64,000 nucleotides of DNA, taken from the IMG/VR virus record IMGVR_UViG_3300021087_000002; one strand, written 5' to 3'. The notes under the pieces were generated by a model. That model saw nothing but the letters and a program-made list of their open reading frames with translations, did not search any database and was not told the origin of the DNA. The stretch is from an uncultured virus (IMG/VR IMGVR_UViG_3300021087_000002) (taxonomy: Duplodnaviria; Heunggongvirae; Uroviricota; Caudoviricetes). Below are positions 1 to 11,177 of the stretch, one piece after another. The position numbers and the translations under genes are program-made. Positions within the stretch are counted from its first letter, which is position 1. Every line of letters starts with the position of its first letter.

Positions 1-28
1 ATTCAACTTTAAATTGGTGTAGGAAAAC

Positions 29-3000
29 ATGACTAGAGACTTTACAAGAGACCTTTTTGCGTCAACATATAAAGATGATTTTGCTGATAGTGACAACTAC
101 CACAGAATTCTTTTTAACAATGGTCGTGCACTACAAGCTCGTGAATTAACACAGATGCAAACCATTACCCAAAGAGAGATTTCTCGAATGGGTAGAAACA
201 TCTTCAAAGAAGGTGCGGCAGTCAACCCAGGTGGTGCGACTTGTAATAACGGATATGAGTTTATTAAACTCCAAGGAGACCTTCCAACCAATTCAATTGT
301 TGGTACGCAGTTTACGTCAACAAGTAACTCCATTATTGCAGAAGTTCTTGAGGCTATTCCAAGAGTATCAGAAGCTGAACCAGCTACAATCTATGTAAGA
401 TATATAAGCACGTCAGGCGGATCAAGTGGAACTGCACCAGTACGTGTTTCAGCAGGTGATACACTATCAGGTGGTGGTGAGACACTTACTGTTCAAGCAA
501 CAAACACTGTTGCTAACCCATGTGTTGGTCAAGGTACTAGAGTTTCTATCCACGCAGGTGACTTCTTTGCTAACGATAGATTTGTATTTGCGGCAGAACA
601 ATCATTAATTATTTCTAAGTATACCTCAGACGCAAATGCTGTTGTTGGTTTTAAGGTTATACAGGATATCGTCACAGTATCTGACACTTCGGCGTTATAT
701 GATAACTCAGGTGCCACACCCAACTTATCTGCCCCAGGTGCTGATAGATACCGTATTAGATTAATCATTGCTGATCAGGCTAATGTCGCCGCAGATGAGA
801 ACTTTATCTACATCTGTAAGGTCACGGATGGTGTGATCGTTTCACAAGTTGAACCAACAGACAACTACAATACAATTGAAGATAGAATGGCTCTTCGTAC
901 TTCAGAAGAATCGGGGAACTATATTGCTAAAAGGTTTACTGTAAGTTTTGATACTAATGAAACTGATGCAACCAATCTAGACTTTGATATTACTCCGGGT
1001 GTTGCGTATGTGGATGGTTACAGGGCAGTTATCAACTCTCCTTTATCAATTCCAGTTCCAAAGCCTAGAACAACAATCACAGAAAACAATAATGTTGTAG
1101 CGGCGGCATACGGTCAGTATGTTATTTGTTCTGGAAACAAAGGTCTACCAAACATTGAGACATTTGCTGAAGTAAATCTATATCCTAACACAACAGGTAC
1201 AGGAACTGTTATCGGTACTGCACGTGTAAGAGCAGTTGAAGAAGATGGTTCTAACTTTAGAGTTTATCTATTCGATATTAAGATTAATGCTAACAAGAAC
1301 AAAAACAATGTTAAGTCGTTGGGCAGTGGCTCTACAGACTATATGACACTGGTACTTGAAAACTCACTAGCGGCGTTTAAAGACGAAGCGTCTACAAGTC
1401 TATTATTTCCATTGCCAGAAGATCGTCCAAAAGTTATTACAGATATCTCATTAACTACACAGCGTAAACGTAGTGCGGTTGTTTCTGGTCAATCTGGATC
1501 CCTTACACTAACCGCAACAGGCGAAACCTTTGCGGATACTAGTGCTTGGATTGCGGCACATGCAGACTCAGATATCAACACAAACATCACATTCAGTGGT
1601 GCTGGTAGTACATCAAGTACAATCGGTGGTGACATTCCAGATGGTACTTATGAGATCTTAACATATGTTAACAAGTCGGCTGGTACTGTTAGAACTAAAA
1701 GCATAACAGAAGTTACAGAAACTATTACTCCAGACGCATCTGGGCATTTAAACTTTACAAACGCTGATATTAGTAGCATTGAGAGAATTACTCTTGCAGA
1801 TTCAGATGGTGCTGATCTAACAACGTCTTATGACTTAGATAACGGTCAACGTGACTTTGCTTACCTAAATGGTAGAATGCTTAAGAAAGCTGGAGTTACA
1901 CAATCGGCTGATGTGTTTGTAAGATATAAACACTTCACACATGGCGCATCTGGTGACTTCTTTGCTGTTAACTCTTACACTGGACAAGTTGACTATGGTG
2001 ATATTCCATCATATACTCAATCAAATGGGACAGAAGTTAATTTAAGAAATGTCCTTGATTTCCGCTCAACAGTTAACTCGTCAGGTAACTTTGGTTCTGG
2101 TGCTCGTATTAATGAGATGCCTAAAAATACAAGTTTGATCACATGTGATGCGGAATACTACTTAGGTAAAAAGGTACGTGTTGTTATCGATAAAGAAAGC
2201 AACGTTACTGCAATTGAAGGTGAACCGGGCGTAAAGCCAATGTTACCGCCAATTCCTACAAATTCTTTAGATCTGTTCCATGTGAACATGAACCCATTTA
2301 CAATTAATGACTCAGATGTATCATCCACTACTATTAGAGCTAAACGCTTTACTATGCGTGACATTGGTAAGATCGAAGAACGTATTGACAAACTAGAAGA
2401 AGCTACAGCATTGAGCCTTCTTGAACTAGAAACTAATTCGTTTAATGTTCTTGACGCAAGCGGAAACAACAGAACTAAATCAGGTTTCTTTGTGGACAAC
2501 TTTGCTGATCAAGCAAGATCTTTCCAGTCGGCAGACTATAGGGCATCTATTGATCCAGAGGCTAAAATAATGCGCCCTTGGTTCTCAGAAGCAAACATTA
2601 GAATGCTTTACGATAGTGACCTATCTACAGGCGTAGTTCTTAAAGGTGACAGCGTTTACCTTAATCACACAAACCAAAACTATGTTGATCAGGCACAAGC
2701 CACAGAATTCATGAACATTAACCCATTTGCGGTTATTATTGGTCAAGGTTTCATTGAGCTATCTCCTGCTTCAGATGAGTGGGTTGATGTTGATCGTAAA
2801 CCAGATCGTGTTGAAGATGGTGGTACAAGACTACGTAATAATGGTACTGCAACACTTTGGAACAACTGGAGATGGAATTGGGTTGGTCGTGAAGATCAGC
2901 TAGAGGTTGGGTCACAGCTTGCATCACAGACAGTAGGAAGAACTACTTCAGTAGATAGAGTTGTTGCATCAGAAACGGTTCGTGAATTTGTTGCGGATCG

Positions 3001-5068
3001 TGTATTGGATGTTGCTTTCATTCCATTCATGAGATCTAAGAAAATAAGTTTCCGTGGATTTGGTCTCAAACCAAATACTCAGGTCTATGCATTCTTTAAC
3101 GATAAACCAATTGCAGATTGGGTAAGGGCAGAAACATTTACAAGATTTGCCAATACTGTTGACGATTATGGTAACCAATATAAGAATGCTACTGAGCATC
3201 CAGATGGAAAGTCTACACTTACTACAAATGCAGAAGGTAATATCGAAGGATCATTCTTTATTCCAAACGGTACAACTAAGTTTAGAACAGGTACACGTGA
3301 GTTTAAAATTCTAGACATTAGTGTTGCCAACGAAGATGATGCGACATCTATTGCGGTAACACCATTTACATCATCTGGTATATTGGAAACAAGACAGGCA
3401 ACATTCACATCTACTCGTGTGCTTACTATTGGTGGTTCAACTACTACTGTCCCAAGACCAAGAAGAAATCCTCCCGCAAGAACACAGGCTTCTTCTACTC
3501 GTAACCGTAACAGAAGATGTGATCCATTGGCTCAAACATTCATGGTTAATGAGACTGAAGGTTTATTTGTAACTCGTATCGGTGTTAGGTTCCAGTCAAA
3601 AGATCCAACTGTTCCTGTTATTTGTCAGATCAGACCAACAGTTAATGGCGTACCATCGGCAGATGAAATTGTCCCTAACGGAGTTAAGTCTTTGTCACCA
3701 AGTGCAATTAGTACAAGTGAAGACGGAACTGTGGTCACATACTTTGACTTTGATGAGCCTGTATACTTAAATGGTAACACAGAGTACTCCATGGTATTAC
3801 TAGCTGATACAACTGGATATCATGTATTTGTTGCAAAAGCAGGAGATCTTATCGTAGGATCTACGGAGAAACGTGTTACTAAACAACCTACATTGGGTTC
3901 ATTATTTAAATCTCAGAACGCAAGAACTTGGTCGGCAGATCAAGAAAGAGACTTGACATTTACACTTGATCGTGCTAAGTTTGACACTGACGGTGGTGAT
4001 GTTGTTCTTGAGAATGCCAATGTACCAGTATATACTTTAGATCCAAATTCATTAGAAACCACAAATTCATCAGGTACTATTAAAGTATTTGCAATTGGTC
4101 ATGGTCTATTAGTTAACGATAAGACAACAATTGCAGGTGCAGTAGCATTCGGTGGAATTGCGGCGGCAAATATTAACGGTCAAAGAACAGTGACTAAGGT
4201 AGATGGTTATGGATTTGAATTTACGGCAGGTGCGTCAGATGTAGCATCATCTACTGTAGCAGGTGGTGGTAGTGCAGTGACTATAACAAGAAACATTGAA
4301 ATCGATACTGCGCTTCCTTACTTCGAAACATTATCCCCACCTTCAACACTGATTTCACATTCAGCTAAGTTTACAACAGGTAAGTCTTTTGCTGGTACCG
4401 AAACAGCATATACTAAAGATGGACTTTACACACCTATCTCTAATAGAAACAATAACGTATTCTTAACACCTAGAACTATTGCTTCTTCAGAGAACTCAGC
4501 ATTAAATATGAGTGGTGCTAAATCTATCACACACAAGATCAATCTAAAGACTAACGATGATAAGGTGTCTCCTGTAGTAGATTTACAACGTGCATCTATA
4601 ACTGGTATTAAGAACTTAGTGGATAGACAGGTTGCTAGTGGTGCGGCAAATAACGAAAACGTTCCTCTAGAATACATTGCAGAAACAAATCCAACTGGTG
4701 GTTCTAGCTTATCCAAACATATAACTCAACCAGTTTCTTTAGAAGAAAGTGCTGTTGGGATTAAGATCCTTATAGGTGCTAATAGACCAAGTGCATCAGA
4801 CTTTGATGTTTACTATAGAACGAATGCTTCAGATACTAATGCGGCAGGTAATCTTCTAGACTCAACATGGGTGTTGGCAACTAAAGAAACTGAAGTCCCA
4901 TCAGATGAAAATCCTAATGTGTTCAGAGAATACAGATACCTTGTTGGGGGAGATGGTGGTACTATGGATGCCTTCTCACAATTCCAAGTTAAGATTGTTC
5001 TACAGTCTAGTAACACATCAACACCGCCAGTAATTCAAGATCTACGAATTATTGCATTGGGTGTATAA
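29..5068 (+). CDS. Large virion structural protein (VrlC-like/DUF4815-type baseplate-tail protein)
   Basis: 1679 aa. N-term YKDDF...YHRILF...LQARELTQMQT, GFFVDNF and DPLAQTF motifs, and C-term FQVKIVL...IQDLRIIAL are typical of this T4-like marine phage family. Confidence 0.8.
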   Translation: MTRDFTRDLFASTYKDDFADSDNYHRILFNNGRALQARELTQMQTITQREISRMGRNIFKEGAAVNPGGATCNNGYEFIKLQGDLPTNSIVGTQFTSTSNSIIAEVLEAIPRVSEAEPATIYVRYISTSGGSSGTAPVRVSAGDTLSGGGETLTVQATNTVANPCVGQGTRVSIHAGDFFANDRFVFAAEQSLIISKYTSDANAVVGFKVIQDIVTVSDTSALYDNSGATPNLSAPGADRYRIRLIIADQANVAADENFIYICKVTDGVIVSQVEPTDNYNTIEDRMALRTSEESGNYIAKRFTVSFDTNETDATNLDFDITPGVAYVDGYRAVINSPLSIPVPKPRTTITENNNVVAAAYGQYVICSGNKGLPNIETFAEVNLYPNTTGTGTVIGTARVRAVEEDGSNFRVYLFDIKINANKNKNNVKSLGSGSTDYMTLVLENSLAAFKDEASTSLLFPLPEDRPKVITDISLTTQRKRSAVVSGQSGSLTLTATGETFADTSAWIAAHADSDINTNITFSGAGSTSSTIGGDIPDGTYEILTYVNKSAGTVRTKSITEVTETITPDASGHLNFTNADISSIERITLADSDGADLTTSYDLDNGQRDFAYLNGRMLKKAGVTQSADVFVRYKHFTHGASGDFFAVNSYTGQVDYGDIPSYTQSNGTEVNLRNVLDFRSTVNSSGNFGSGARINEMPKNTSLITCDAEYYLGKKVRVVIDKESNVTAIEGEPGVKPMLPPIPTNSLDLFHVNMNPFTINDSDVSSTTIRAKRFTMRDIGKIEERIDKLEEATALSLLELETNSFNVLDASGNNRTKSGFFVDNFADQARSFQSADYRASIDPEAKIMRPWFSEANIRMLYDSDLSTGVVLKGDSVYLNHTNQNYVDQAQATEFMNINPFAVIIGQGFIELSPASDEWVDVDRKPDRVEDGGTRLRNNGTATLWNNWRWNWVGREDQLEVGSQLASQTVGRTTSVDRVVASETVREFVADRVLDVAFIPFMRSKKISFRGFGLKPNTQVYAFFNDKPIADWVRAETFTRFANTVDDYGNQYKNATEHPDGKSTLTTNAEGNIEGSFFIPNGTTKFRTGTREFKILDISVANEDDATSIAVTPFTSSGILETRQATFTSTRVLTIGGSTTTVPRPRRNPPARTQASSTRNRNRRCDPLAQTFMVNETEGLFVTRIGVRFQSKDPTVPVICQIRPTVNGVPSADEIVPNGVKSLSPSAISTSEDGTVVTYFDFDEPVYLNGNTEYSMVLLADTTGYHVFVAKAGDLIVGSTEKRVTKQPTLGSLFKSQNARTWSADQERDLTFTLDRAKFDTDGGDVVLENANVPVYTLDPNSLETTNSSGTIKVFAIGHGLLVNDKTTIAGAVAFGGIAAANINGQRTVTKVDGYGFEFTAGASDVASSTVAGGGSAVTITRNIEIDTALPYFETLSPPSTLISHSAKFTTGKSFAGTETAYTKDGLYTPISNRNNNVFLTPRTIASSENSALNMSGAKSITHKINLKTNDDKVSPVVDLQRASITGIKNLVDRQVASGAANNENVPLEYIAETNPTGGSSLSKHITQPVSLEESAVGIKILIGANRPSASDFDVYYRTNASDTNAAGNLLDSTWVLATKETEVPSDENPNVFREYRYLVGGDGGTMDAFSQFQVKIVLQSSNTSTPPVIQDLRIIALGV

Positions 5069-5286
5069 TGATTAAGGTTGAAGGGCATTCGAATTTAAGA
5101 AGAGATCCAAATTCGGGTGCTATAATCAATATAAATAAAGATGAACTCTCAAGTGCAAGATCAAGAAAGATCCAACAGAAGAGAAAAGAACGAGAAGATA
5201 AACAACTGAAAGCAGATGTAGAGACCTTACAGAATGAGATAAGTGACATCAAACAACTGTTGACTCAAATTGTAGAGAAAATTTAA
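5068..5286 (+). CDS. Small conserved phage protein with C-terminal coiled coil
   Basis: 72 aa, KVEGHSNLRRDPNSGAIIN motif; TAATG-coupled to the upstream gene. Confidence 0.7.
   Translation: MIKVEGHSNLRRDPNSGAIININKDELSSARSRKIQQKRKEREDKQLKADVETLQNEISDIKQLLTQIVEKI
5130..5137 (+). promoter_or_regulatory. Possible T4-type late promoter (internal)
   Basis: TATAAATA about 150 nt upstream of the fibre gene at 5287; lies inside a CDS, so it may be chance. Confidence 0.4.
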
Positions 5287-6705
5287 ATGGCTAGAACTTA
5301 CGTAAATCTTACAGATACTGTATCTGCTTTCAAAAACAAAGTTAACGAGATCTCTTATGATGTCGGGGATATCACATTGATGTCCACTTCGGGGGGTGAC
5401 AGTGATGTTGTACAGGCCATTAACTCTTTGGATAGTGACATTGGTGGAATTTCCAACCTAACAACAACAGACAAGTCTAGTATCAAATCAGCTATTAACG
5501 AACTTGATGCTGAGATTGGTGCCGCTACTTTAACAACTAGTGCAACCACACTCAAAGGTGCGATTAACGAACACGAAACACAAATCAATAACCTTGATAG
5601 TGACATAGGTACAAGAGGTTCTTTGACTACAGATGCTGATCAAAACATTGTAGTTGCGATTAATGAAGTGGATGCTAATGCCTCAAGTGCACTAACAAAA
5701 GCGAATGCGGCAGAAACATCTCTAGGTACGATTTCACCAGCTGTTATGGGAACTACAGCAAGTACAGTAGGTGCGGCTATTGGTGAGATCCATGGACAAG
5801 TAGATAGTGCGGCGACAGTTGTTGGTGCTCTAGGTTCATTGGTGACAACAGCTAAAGGTAGTATTGTTGCGGCTATTAATGAAGTAAAGATTGATGGAAC
5901 AGACTCTGCCGAAGTTGTAGATATCTTTAGTGCGGCTAACACTGGCACAGGATATGGTACTCTTTCATATGGTGACGATGGTGTCTACACATATGCTAAA
6001 GTAACGAATGCCAATATCCGAAGTGCTATTTCAGCAGGCGAAGGTATAGACATTGCGAGTGGGGTTATCTCAGGCGAAGATGCTTCATTGACTAACAAGG
6101 GTATTGCCTCATTCGACTCAGCATCATTTGATGCTACTAGTGGTCACATTGCCATCAAGGCAGGATCGTTAGATGCTAATTTGATTGAGGATGGATCTAT
6201 TACTGCGGCTAAATTGGGAACAAACGCCGTAACTACTATTAAGATTAATGGTTCGGCTGTCACCACAGCTAAGATTAATAACTCTGCCGTTACAACTGAC
6301 AAGATTAATAACCTAGCAGTCACAACTGGTAAGATTGCGGCAGATGCGGTAACATATGCTAAACTACAAGACTTAGTTACTGCAAATAGAGTATTAGGAG
6401 CAACATCTGCGGGTGTCATTGGCGAAACTCAAGTAGTAAAGGCAATGATTGGTGCTGATGCTGTTGATGGAACTAAGATTGAAGATGATGCTATTGCTTC
6501 AGAACATATTGCAGATGATGCAGTAACTGGAGATCACATTGCAACAAACGCCGTAACTTCGGATGGAATAGCCGCAGGTGCAGTGGGTGAGAGCGAAATT
6601 GGTGATGATGCAGTCTCTCAAGCAGAACTAAAAGACGTTGTTACATTAGTGATATATAGTAGCGATGGAACAGCAGTGAAGACACTATATGGTGCAGGAA
6701 GTTAA
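5287..6705 (+). CDS. Tail fibre-like protein
   Basis: xAINE repeats, decapeptide repeats (IxxxAVTxxK), Ala/Thr/Gly/Asp-rich. Confidence 0.7.
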   Translation: MARTYVNLTDTVSAFKNKVNEISYDVGDITLMSTSGGDSDVVQAINSLDSDIGGISNLTTTDKSSIKSAINELDAEIGAATLTTSATTLKGAINEHETQINNLDSDIGTRGSLTTDADQNIVVAINEVDANASSALTKANAAETSLGTISPAVMGTTASTVGAAIGEIHGQVDSAATVVGALGSLVTTAKGSIVAAINEVKIDGTDSAEVVDIFSAANTGTGYGTLSYGDDGVYTYAKVTNANIRSAISAGEGIDIASGVISGEDASLTNKGIASFDSASFDATSGHIAIKAGSLDANLIEDGSITAAKLGTNAVTTIKINGSAVTTAKINNSAVTTDKINNLAVTTGKIAADAVTYAKLQDLVTANRVLGATSAGVIGETQVVKAMIGADAVDGTKIEDDAIASEHIADDAVTGDHIATNAVTSDGIAAGAVGESEIGDDAVSQAELKDVVTLVIYSSDGTAVKTLYGAGS

Positions 6706-6709
6706 TTAG

Positions 6710-7636
6710 ATGGCAGTTAGAACTCCTCTTATATTAGATGGGTCGAACAATCTCATAGAGATGTCTACGGCTCAAATAAATGCAGTTAAAAATAGATGCA
6801 GATATTTGTATGGAGCCTCTCCATCTGTTACACTATCACGTGTTGCGTCTAATGGTGGGTTGGGCAATCTTTCTGATACACGTAAGCAAGCTGGTGCCAT
6901 GTCAACAAGCGTATCATCATTACCGAGTGAAGCAACTACGGCGGAACCATCCACAGTTACGGTTCAACGTGCTCATATTAGTGAAAGTAGAACCAATACA
7001 TCGGCTACGGCAGATACTAATAATGTTGCATTTCCAGTCTATCAGACAAGTGGTAATATCCAAGCCATGACTTTGACTGATGTTTATGATACATTTATCT
7101 ATCCTGCTATTGACACGATTACAGGTGCCGCTGGACAACCAGGAACATATTACATTCATACAGCCACAACACTAAGTGGATATACTGCGGTATCTAATTC
7201 CATAGTATATGCTGATACAAGAGCCAACACATCAGCATATACGGCTGGTGGTATTGGTGAGACATTAGATCAACCTACTACAATTACTAACTACTATCTC
7301 CTAGCGGCTGATAACATTTCGGCTCCTTCTATGGAACAGATGTTGTTTATCAGAAACTCAGATAAGAATATAGAACAATATACTCAGGCAGAGATGGATG
7401 GGTGGCTACAGAACTGCATGAGACATGTCGCATCTGAAGTAACTGGATCGAAGATATCATACAATCTTAATGGAAGTGGAACTAATCTAGGATCTGGTAT
7501 GGCAGATACTATCCTTAATGGCGCTGGTAATCACCAAACACGTTACGTTGGTCTTGATGACTATCGTGCACAGGAATTCCCTAACGGTTCTGCCGTAACT
7601 GCAACAACTCACAGACTTAAAATGGAACAGGTGTAA
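6710..7636 (+). CDS. Putative virion structural protein
   Basis: 308 aa, Thr/Ser/Ala-rich, in the fibre operon. Confidence 0.55.
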   Translation: MAVRTPLILDGSNNLIEMSTAQINAVKNRCRYLYGASPSVTLSRVASNGGLGNLSDTRKQAGAMSTSVSSLPSEATTAEPSTVTVQRAHISESRTNTSATADTNNVAFPVYQTSGNIQAMTLTDVYDTFIYPAIDTITGAAGQPGTYYIHTATTLSGYTAVSNSIVYADTRANTSAYTAGGIGETLDQPTTITNYYLLAADNISAPSMEQMLFIRNSDKNIEQYTQAEMDGWLQNCMRHVASEVTGSKISYNLNGSGTNLGSGMADTILNGAGNHQTRYVGLDDYRAQEFPNGSAVTATTHRLKMEQV

Positions 7637-7637
7637 A

Positions 7638-8144
7638 ATGACAATACACAATTTAGAAATTAGCACAGCACACTTCACTAACAATGAACGTACCGAGATT
7701 GAGGTAATGCTCTTCAGCGAAGACTCGACTGAAGATGACGTGGTTCTTATTCCCTTTAGCATCGAAGCTAAGGATGGAGATGCTGATTATGATTGGTTAT
7801 TGAGTAAGATTGATATTGACCAAATTCATGAGAATACCTTCAACAAGTTCCGTAGAGAGAATGAAGAATTCCGAGAGATGATCATTGCCACTGGCAAAGA
7901 GATGGAATTGATCGTTGCTGACAGTTTAGAAGGAAACATGCATGGGGCTTTAATTGATGCACTATTTGAAGAGTATGATGAAGAAGAGATGAAAGAAAGT
8001 CTATTTCTAATTAAACTTAAAGTCTTTGAAATGGACATTATCAAAACAAGTAAAGACCGTGAGACTAAGGCGAAGCTTAGAAAGGCTAAAACCTTTATTG
8101 ACGTTGTGAAGTATACAGCAATGCTTATCTCACCCGAAAAATAG
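7638..8144 (+). CDS. Hypothetical acidic protein (possible fibre assembly factor)
   Basis: 168 aa, last gene of the + strand operon; converges with the minus-strand island. Confidence 0.55.
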   Translation: MTIHNLEISTAHFTNNERTEIEVMLFSEDSTEDDVVLIPFSIEAKDGDADYDWLLSKIDIDQIHENTFNKFRRENEEFREMIIATGKEMELIVADSLEGNMHGALIDALFEEYDEEEMKESLFLIKLKVFEMDIIKTSKDRETKAKLRKAKTFIDVVKYTAMLISPEK

Positions 8145-8906
8145 ATCAAACTTCTTATGAACAAAGTGTAAAAAGTGTGAGGCAGAAGTCATCTGTTGCT
8201 CATTATGATCTACTATGAAGTTCCAAGGCATTCCAATGTTAGTAAAAGGTAAGCCATACTTCTCTACAATGTAAGAGAATATAACTTCATTGTTCAATAC
8301 CCAATTCTTACTCATCTTTTCTGGATAAACATTATCTTCTAATGCTTCATTGAATGTAAGTACAGCCTCTACAGATCTTTCTGCAAAGTTTAAGTTACGG
8401 ATACATTTAGAATTCATTAACAAAACACCTGTATTAATACAACTTTGTTTTCCAACAATGTCGTGAAGAAGAAGCATGGCTTGTTTGTTAATAGCTTTGC
8501 TATACATGTCCATAGAATTCCACTCGAAATCATCTTCTAAACGCCAACGTAATACTTTCCTTGTATCTCCTATTACATCTATGTCAAATGAACATATAGT
8601 GTTTAAATCAAACCTATCGAAGATGTTTACTGTGGTGTTTGGTATGACATCAAAATCTAGGTACATTACTTGATCGTACTTATGTCCTAGCTTTTCAAAC
8701 ATATTAAGCTTTTCGAACTGTACGTCAATGTAGTCTGTTGAGTTTGGTTTGAATATCTTATAGTCTGCTCCACACAGATCCGCATACTCTTTCTGCTTAT
8801 TTTCTAATTGGTCTGCATACTTAGAGAACTGTTGCCTTTTAAAGTCAGGTACAGAGGCATGATCATCAAGATCATTTCTATATAAACTGAATATTATTCT
8901 TTTCAC
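8130..8906 (-). CDS. GT-A fold glycosyltransferase-like protein
   Basis: YDQVMYLDFDVIP DxD motif, INTGVLL, C-term HFLHFV; paralogue of 8878..9732. Confidence 0.7.
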   Translation of the reverse strand: MKRIIFSLYRNDLDDHASVPDFKRQQFSKYADQLENKQKEYADLCGADYKIFKPNSTDYIDVQFEKLNMFEKLGHKYDQVMYLDFDVIPNTTVNIFDRFDLNTICSFDIDVIGDTRKVLRWRLEDDFEWNSMDMYSKAINKQAMLLLHDIVGKQSCINTGVLLMNSKCIRNLNFAERSVEAVLTFNEALEDNVYPEKMSKNWVLNNEVIFSYIVEKYGLPFTNIGMPWNFIVDHNEQQMTSASHFLHFVHKKFDLFFG

Positions 8907-9732
8907 ACCATTGCCTCACATAATCAAAGTCCTTACTAATACAATGTACGAACTTTGCATCTTTAGTTATATAGCTCCACTTGTCCATAAGGTGGTGCCA
9001 ATAACCTAACTCTTGATAAGGAACATTGTTTAAGTATGTCTTAGTTCCCCATACAGTTTCGTTATCATAACCAAACATGTAACTAATAGTATCTGGATAG
9101 AACTCGTCAGATATCATACTTTCCATAGTGTCGAGAGTTTCTTCAAAGTCATCAAAGTATTTAAGCTGTTTTAGATGTTCTCGTTTTGCCCCCACTATTG
9201 CAGTGTTGAATACATCAGGTTGGTCTAGATTTACGTCATAGTCTGCAAGAAGACATTTACTATTCCACATCTTAGCCATAGGAGATCTTACACCATGTGT
9301 GTACGAAAGAGTTGATGATTTGATTATAGGCTGTTGACCATTGGCAGTACCAGTCATAATAGCAATGCCTTTAGATAGATCTATCTCTTCAAAGAAGTTT
9401 AGATCCGTGACAGGTATTACATCAATGTCTAGGTAAAGAACTTCATCATACTCTTCCGACAAGTTCATCATTAGGTGGATCTTGTAGAAGTTGATGATAT
9501 CATAATATGAGATCTGTGGATAGTTATCCTCAAACCATTTAGCATACGTATCAAATGCTTCATCTTTGGTGTAGTGTTTATATTCTACACCTATCTTATT
9601 AGCATAATGTTTCTGACTTGTCAATAGCCAATCGTAATTATCGGCAAACTTCTCCTTAGAGCTATGGTGTGATACCAACAACTCATTGGGGATTTCGATG
9701 TAGAAACTGTATATAACTCTACTGATAGCCAA
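8878..9732 (-). CDS. GT-A fold glycosyltransferase-like protein
   Basis: YDEVLYLDIDVIP DxD motif, FNTAIV, KFVHCI. Confidence 0.7.
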   Translation of the reverse strand: MAISRVIYSFYIEIPNELLVSHHSSKEKFADNYDWLLTSQKHYANKIGVEYKHYTKDEAFDTYAKWFEDNYPQISYYDIINFYKIHLMMNLSEEYDEVLYLDIDVIPVTDLNFFEEIDLSKGIAIMTGTANGQQPIIKSSTLSYTHGVRSPMAKMWNSKCLLADYDVNLDQPDVFNTAIVGAKREHLKQLKYFDDFEETLDTMESMISDEFYPDTISYMFGYDNETVWGTKTYLNNVPYQELGYWHHLMDKWSYITKDAKFVHCISKDFDYVRQWCEKNNIQFI

Positions 9733-10474
9733 TTACCATAAACCTCTTATATCCATTAGCCATAGTCAAGTTTCCTTTGTACAGCACATCTGTTATTTCA
9801 GAAGTTTCGGCAAGTTCATCTTCACTATTTACGCAGTTTATATGCTCTTCGAGATGGTGCATATTGTTACTTTGTAACACATATAAACATCCCATTTTAG
9901 GATTCTTATCTTTTAACAATTGAGGTAGTGGTGGCATATGTTCAGATGATGTGTTTATTAGAATATCTAGTGTATGAGATCTAGGATTATTATCCAAGAA
10001 ATTTGCACAAGTGCCAATCAGTCGAACATCTTTATCTAGCTTCTTTTCGTTAGCAATCTTATGAAACACTGATATAGCATTTTCGTCAAGGTCGATATTT
10101 TCTATAAAGTCCAGATCGCCTTTAAAGATATCCAGAAGAATGTTGATTAATGGAAATCCAAACCATCCACCCACTAATTGGATTCTTTTCTTTTTCTTCC
10201 TTTTGAATTTGACTTTACCTAACTCATGCCCAATCCATTCTTTACTGGCACTTTGATTAGGCGACATACTGTCCCAAAAGTGAGGAATATCATAGTCCCT
10301 ATTGATAGCAAACATCAGTGCTTGAAACTGTTCTGGTCTCATATGAGGTTGCAATAGATCTCTCACGGCATGAATAGATTTGCCCAAATCATCTACAACA
10401 TCGTTCAGCTTCCATATACTATTCCAAGCAACTCTATTAATTCCAGTAATGTTCGAAACCATTATAACCCTCAT
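9719..10474 (-). CDS. Class I SAM-dependent methyltransferase-like protein
   Basis: LVGGWFG glycine loop, acidic IDLD, ILINTSSEHM. Confidence 0.55.
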   Translation of the reverse strand: MRVIMVSNITGINRVAWNSIWKLNDVVDDLGKSIHAVRDLLQPHMRPEQFQALMFAINRDYDIPHFWDSMSPNQSASKEWIGHELGKVKFKRKKKKRIQLVGGWFGFPLINILLDIFKGDLDFIENIDLDENAISVFHKIANEKKLDKDVRLIGTCANFLDNNPRSHTLDILINTSSEHMPPLPQLLKDKNPKMGCLYVLQSNNMHHLEEHINCVNSEDELAETSEITDVLYKGNLTMANGYKRFMVIGYQ

Positions 10475-11177
10475 TGTCTAATATATAATCGTTTTCAGCC
10501 TTATCGCTCCAACGCTTTCGTCTCCACCCATTAAAGATACATATCGTATGGTCTTCACTGTAGTACAACTTCTCAGGGCCAGGAGTACCATATGTGTACC
10601 AATAATCATTCTCATCTATACCATATGCTCTTGAGTAGATCTCTCCTCTTGGGAAGAAAGTTAACTTTTCTGAATGATCAAAATTAAGATACGAATCAAT
10701 TCCTCTATATTTCAGTAGATAGAATTCGATGTCTGCGTGAAACGTATTCCATATTTCAGTAAGATCTCCGCTCCAAACTAAGACAGATGAGTTTAGATTC
10801 ATATCAAAACCTTTCTTAGCAATAGGCTTAATATCTTCCAACCAAGGCTTCCAATACGCCTTAATCATCATAAGCTTATCTTTCTCAACGTAATCTTTGT
10901 AGTGCGTTATATCACCCTGTATAACGTTATCAAGATCAAAGAACATATTTACTTCATCAGTTTGTTCTCGAAACAATACAAGCTTCCACCACCAAACCTC
11001 AAGGTCTAATGACAAGTCAAGAGGAATGATCTTAATGTCAGGGTGAATGTCTGTAGGATCTTCGGTATGACACACGAATGTAAACTCCTCATGGAAGTTC
11101 TTACACACCATCTTGTATAGTCTATTCACATGCTCATGACTAAACTTATCTCCCCACTTTACGCACGATATAATCAT
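10437..11177 (-). CDS. Glycosyltransferase-like protein
   Basis: N-term CVKWGDKF...VNRLY, WWWKL, FFDLDNVI DxD motif, NSSVLVW. Confidence 0.7.
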   Translation of the reverse strand: MIISCVKWGDKFSHEHVNRLYKMVCKNFHEEFTFVCHTEDPTDIHPDIKIIPLDLSLDLEVWWWKLVLFREQTDEVNMFFDLDNVIQGDITHYKDYVEKDKLMMIKAYWKPWLEDIKPIAKKGFDMNLNSSVLVWSGDLTEIWNTFHADIEFYLLKYRGIDSYLNFDHSEKLTFFPRGEIYSRAYGIDENDYWYTYGTPGPEKLYYSEDHTICIFNGWRRKRWSDKAENDYILDNEGYNGFEHYWN